15,619 nucleotides of DNA, from IMG/VR virus record IMGVR_UViG_3300035099_000022, positions 1 through 15,619 of that record. One strand, given 5' to 3'. Of the stretch, positions 13,653 through 15,619 are shown one piece after another (position 1 is the first letter of the stretch; each line of letters opens with the position of its first letter). A program made the position numbers and the translations under genes. The stretch is from a virus (taxonomy: Duplodnaviria > Heunggongvirae > Uroviricota > Caudoviricetes). Under the pieces are notes generated by a model that saw only the letters and a program-made list of their open reading frames with translations, did no database searches and was not told where the DNA came from.

Positions 13653-13995
13653 GGTATGGGTCTACATCGCATGCTGCTTCAGCCGGCTGGAAGAAAGGAT
13701 TGGGTATTTCCACGACCGGTTGTGGTCTGGGTCGGATTTCAAGACTCTTGTTATCTGTTGTGTTTTTGGCGGGTGTTTGAGGCACTTGTTGCCGAACCAG
13801 GGAGAGCGTAATCGTTGGGATCAAATTGCCAGGGAGCAGCGTATCTTGATCGCCTACGTATTCAATGTTGATGGCGCAATGGTTCAGGTCAGCTCGATCA
13901 GCGGTCTGCGCCAATTTGATGAAAGCATCAGCAATCTGTGGACCAGTCATGGGGGCGGTCTGGATACGATTGAGAATGAAAAGTGGGATGGGCAT
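13642..13995 (-). CDS. Hypothetical protein (117 aa)
   Basis: SD AAAGG before ATG 13995; fills the gap after dut. Confidence 0.6.
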   Translation of the reverse strand: MPIPLFILNRIQTAPMTGPQIADAFIKLAQTADRADLNHCAINIEYVGDQDTLLPGNLIPTITLSLVRQQVPQTPAKNTTDNKSLEIRPRPQPVVEIPNPFFQPAEAACDVDPYPEE

Positions 13996-14031
13996 GATGA
14001 AGCCTTTCTAGTGTTCAGACGACGGTGATTG

Positions 14032-14448
14032 TCATATTCCGGTGCTTCCGAATCCGTTAGCGCCTCGCGACGTGTCGCTCAATTCATTCACCTCTTCCAC
14101 TGCCCAAGTCTCCACTGCTTGGAACAGGACTTGAGCAATCCGGTCCCCGGCTGTAATTTCAAATGGCTTGCCGGATAGATTACAGAGCACCACGCCCCAG
14201 GGGCCGCGATAATCGGAATCAATTACACCGGCAAAGCGGTGAATGCCCTTGGCTCCCATTCCGGAACGGTCCCAGATTAGAGCCACATATCCGCGGGGGA
14301 ATTCCACGGCAATGCCTGTGGGCACAATTACGGTCTTTGCCACAGGGATGATTATGTCCTGGCAGGCATACAGATCGTAGCCTGCGGAGTTATGAGCACG
14401 AGTTGGCAGTTTGGCGGTAGGAACTAGCTTCTTTACTCGAAGAATCAT
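14032..14448 (-). CDS. dut: Trimeric dUTPase
   Basis: All five motifs are present: AGYDL, RSG, GVIDSDYRG, GDRIAQ, RGANGFGSTG. Confidence 0.97.
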   Translation of the reverse strand: MILRVKKLVPTAKLPTRAHNSAGYDLYACQDIIIPVAKTVIVPTGIAVEFPRGYVALIWDRSGMGAKGIHRFAGVIDSDYRGPWGVVLCNLSGKPFEITAGDRIAQVLFQAVETWAVEEVNELSDTSRGANGFGSTGI

Positions 14449-14546
14449 TTGGCAGATTCCAAAGTTGCGGAAAGCCCCGGTGACAGGGATAGCTTAACGA
14501 ATCCAATACGCTGCAGGAAAGCTAAGTACCGCTCAAGATCAGTCAT
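14445..14546 (-). CDS. 33-aa ORF coupled at both ends, not in ORF track
   Basis: MTDLERYLAFLQRIGFVKLSLSPGLSATLESAK*. ATGA overlaps with both the deaminase stop and the dut start. Confidence 0.55.
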   Translation of the reverse strand: MTDLERYLAFLQRIGFVKLSLSPGLSATLESAK

Positions 14547-15043
14547 GGTGTCCAAAGCCTCCCATTGAAAAGGATTGTGAAATCGGAGGTGAATATTTGC
14601 CCGTCGAAATATTCTCGGACAACGCCTGCCTCATCAAGCATCTTATTACCTTCGTCGATGCTTTTTTGCCACCGTTCTGGTGTTTGATCCATCGCCTGTT
14701 TATGGCCAACAACGTGCTTGATGCCGGCTAAAATAATCGCTCGGGCACAATCAGCGCACGCAAACCAAGGGCAAAACAACGTAGCTCCATTTGTCTTAAT
14801 ACCGTGCCGCGCTGCCTCGTAAATTGCAGCCCGCTCGGCGTGCTCTATAAAGGTGTATTTCTGTGGCCGCTCTAGTCTCTCAGCCGATATGACGACGTTG
14901 CCGGGGATCGCATTTACGCCGCTAGTGATTGGCTCGTATCCTTTTGGAACCAGAATGGCTCCATTCTGAGTAGCTGGATCGTTACTCAGGCGTTGAGCAC
15001 GGATGTAGGCAAATCGTAACATGGTTTCATTGGTGTGCAACAT
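14543..15043 (-). CDS. dCMP deaminase (ComEB/T4 cd family)
   Basis: SDP/GA-like NDPATQNGAILV, HAERAAI, PWFACADCARAIILAGI. ATG 15043 follows the RNR stop by 1 nt. Confidence 0.9.
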   Translation of the reverse strand: MLHTNETMLRFAYIRAQRLSNDPATQNGAILVPKGYEPITSGVNAIPGNVVISAERLERPQKYTFIEHAERAAIYEAARHGIKTNGATLFCPWFACADCARAIILAGIKHVVGHKQAMDQTPERWQKSIDEGNKMLDEAGVVREYFDGQIFTSDFTILFNGRLWTP

Positions 15044-15044
15044 T

Positions 15045-15619
15045 TTAGACTCCACAGACGCCGCCGTGTCCGGTTAGACTGCATACATCATGGGCTGCAA
15101 TCGCCTCTTCAAATACCTTGCCAAGATTCTCTCTTGCCTCGGTGTAGCTTACAGGTGTCAGCGGTTGCCCGCCACGGGCGCCGTCAGGATAGACCGTGAA
15201 GCCACGCAGTCGGGGTGCGTAATGGGCCAGGGTGGCGGCAAAGTCTTTAACGGTGTCAAGGTTGTTCAGTCGGCTTCCCCAGCGAGGCAGGTTGATTGTT
15301 GAACTGATTGCTTGGTCAACATAGGATTGAATCTCAACCTGAAACTTGATTCGTCGTCGGTAGTTAGACGCTAGATCGAGAGCGCTTTCTATCATCTCTG
15401 GATTCAAGTCGTAATGGTCGATCAACTCTTGTGCAGCGCTGTCGATTACATATTGATAGTGCCATTTCGCATTTTCGCGGAGATACCGGCGTTTGTAAGC
15501 GACGGCATAAATAGGCTCGATGCCAGTGCTGGTGCCGGCGAGAATTCCAATTGTGCCTGTAGGAGCACACGCCCGCTTGGCTACTGGACGCGAAATGCTT
15601 AGCTTATCGCAAAAGGCGT
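15045..15619 (-). CDS. Ribonucleotide reductase catalytic subunit, C-terminal part (5' partial; class II/NrdJ-like probable)
   Basis: The frame is open to the right edge: APTGTIGILAGTSTGIEP, QSYVDQAISSTINLP, RGFTVYPDGAR, and a C-terminal Cys pair CSLTGHGGVCGV. Class cannot be proven from this fragment. Confidence 0.93.
   Translation of the reverse strand, partial: AFCDKLSISRPVAKRACAPTGTIGILAGTSTGIEPIYAVAYKRRYLRENAKWHYQYVIDSAAQELIDHYDLNPEMIESALDLASNYRRRIKFQVEIQSYVDQAISSTINLPRWGSRLNNLDTVKDFAATLAHYAPRLRGFTVYPDGARGGQPLTPVSYTEARENLGKVFEEAIAAHDVCSLTGHGGVCGV

Noticed and set aside
2718-15602. Plus-strand ORFs such as 3491-4006, 4842-5285, 13612-14028
   Set aside because: They are antisense to well-supported minus-strand genes and have no motifs.
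1-15619. tRNA, rRNA, integrase/transposase or intrinsic terminators
   Set aside because: No cloverleaf, rRNA-like sequence, recombinase motif or convincing hairpin-plus-U-tract was seen by eye. tRNAscan-SE and a terminator predictor were not run.

Overview
About 15.6 kb of what is most likely a large dsDNA bacteriophage or prophage genome. All credible genes are on the minus strand and many are joined by ATGA/GTGA stop-start overlaps. In transcription order (right to left) the window holds: ribonucleotide reductase C-terminus, a 33-aa coupled ORF after the dCMP deaminase, dUTPase, small hypothetical and membrane proteins, a beta-class DNA methyltransferase, an FmdB-type Zn ribbon, a Cas7/RAMP-like protein, a metallophosphoesterase, a radical-SAM-motif protein, a P-loop kinase, an Rnl5-type RNA ligase, a second methyltransferase, deoC, an NDT-like protein, two HExxH proteins, a frameshifted nuclease-like remnant, and a long collagen/carbohydrate-binding-repeat protein that runs off the left edge and is absent from the ORF track. 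The standout is 9289-11260: the 193-aa Cas7/RAMP-like gene is interleaved with three non-coding (GGC-NN)n pentamer arrays. Each has a unique run of 11-14 variable dinucleotides followed by a constant GGCAA tail. This matches my recollection of VIPR-type RNA-guided systems with a gapped dinucleotide code; I cannot verify that here. A second pattern is recurrent short tandem amplifications: mostly 10- and 13-nt units at stop/RBS/start junctions, and 9- or 15-nt units inside ORFs. All product names come from motif recognition, not database searches.
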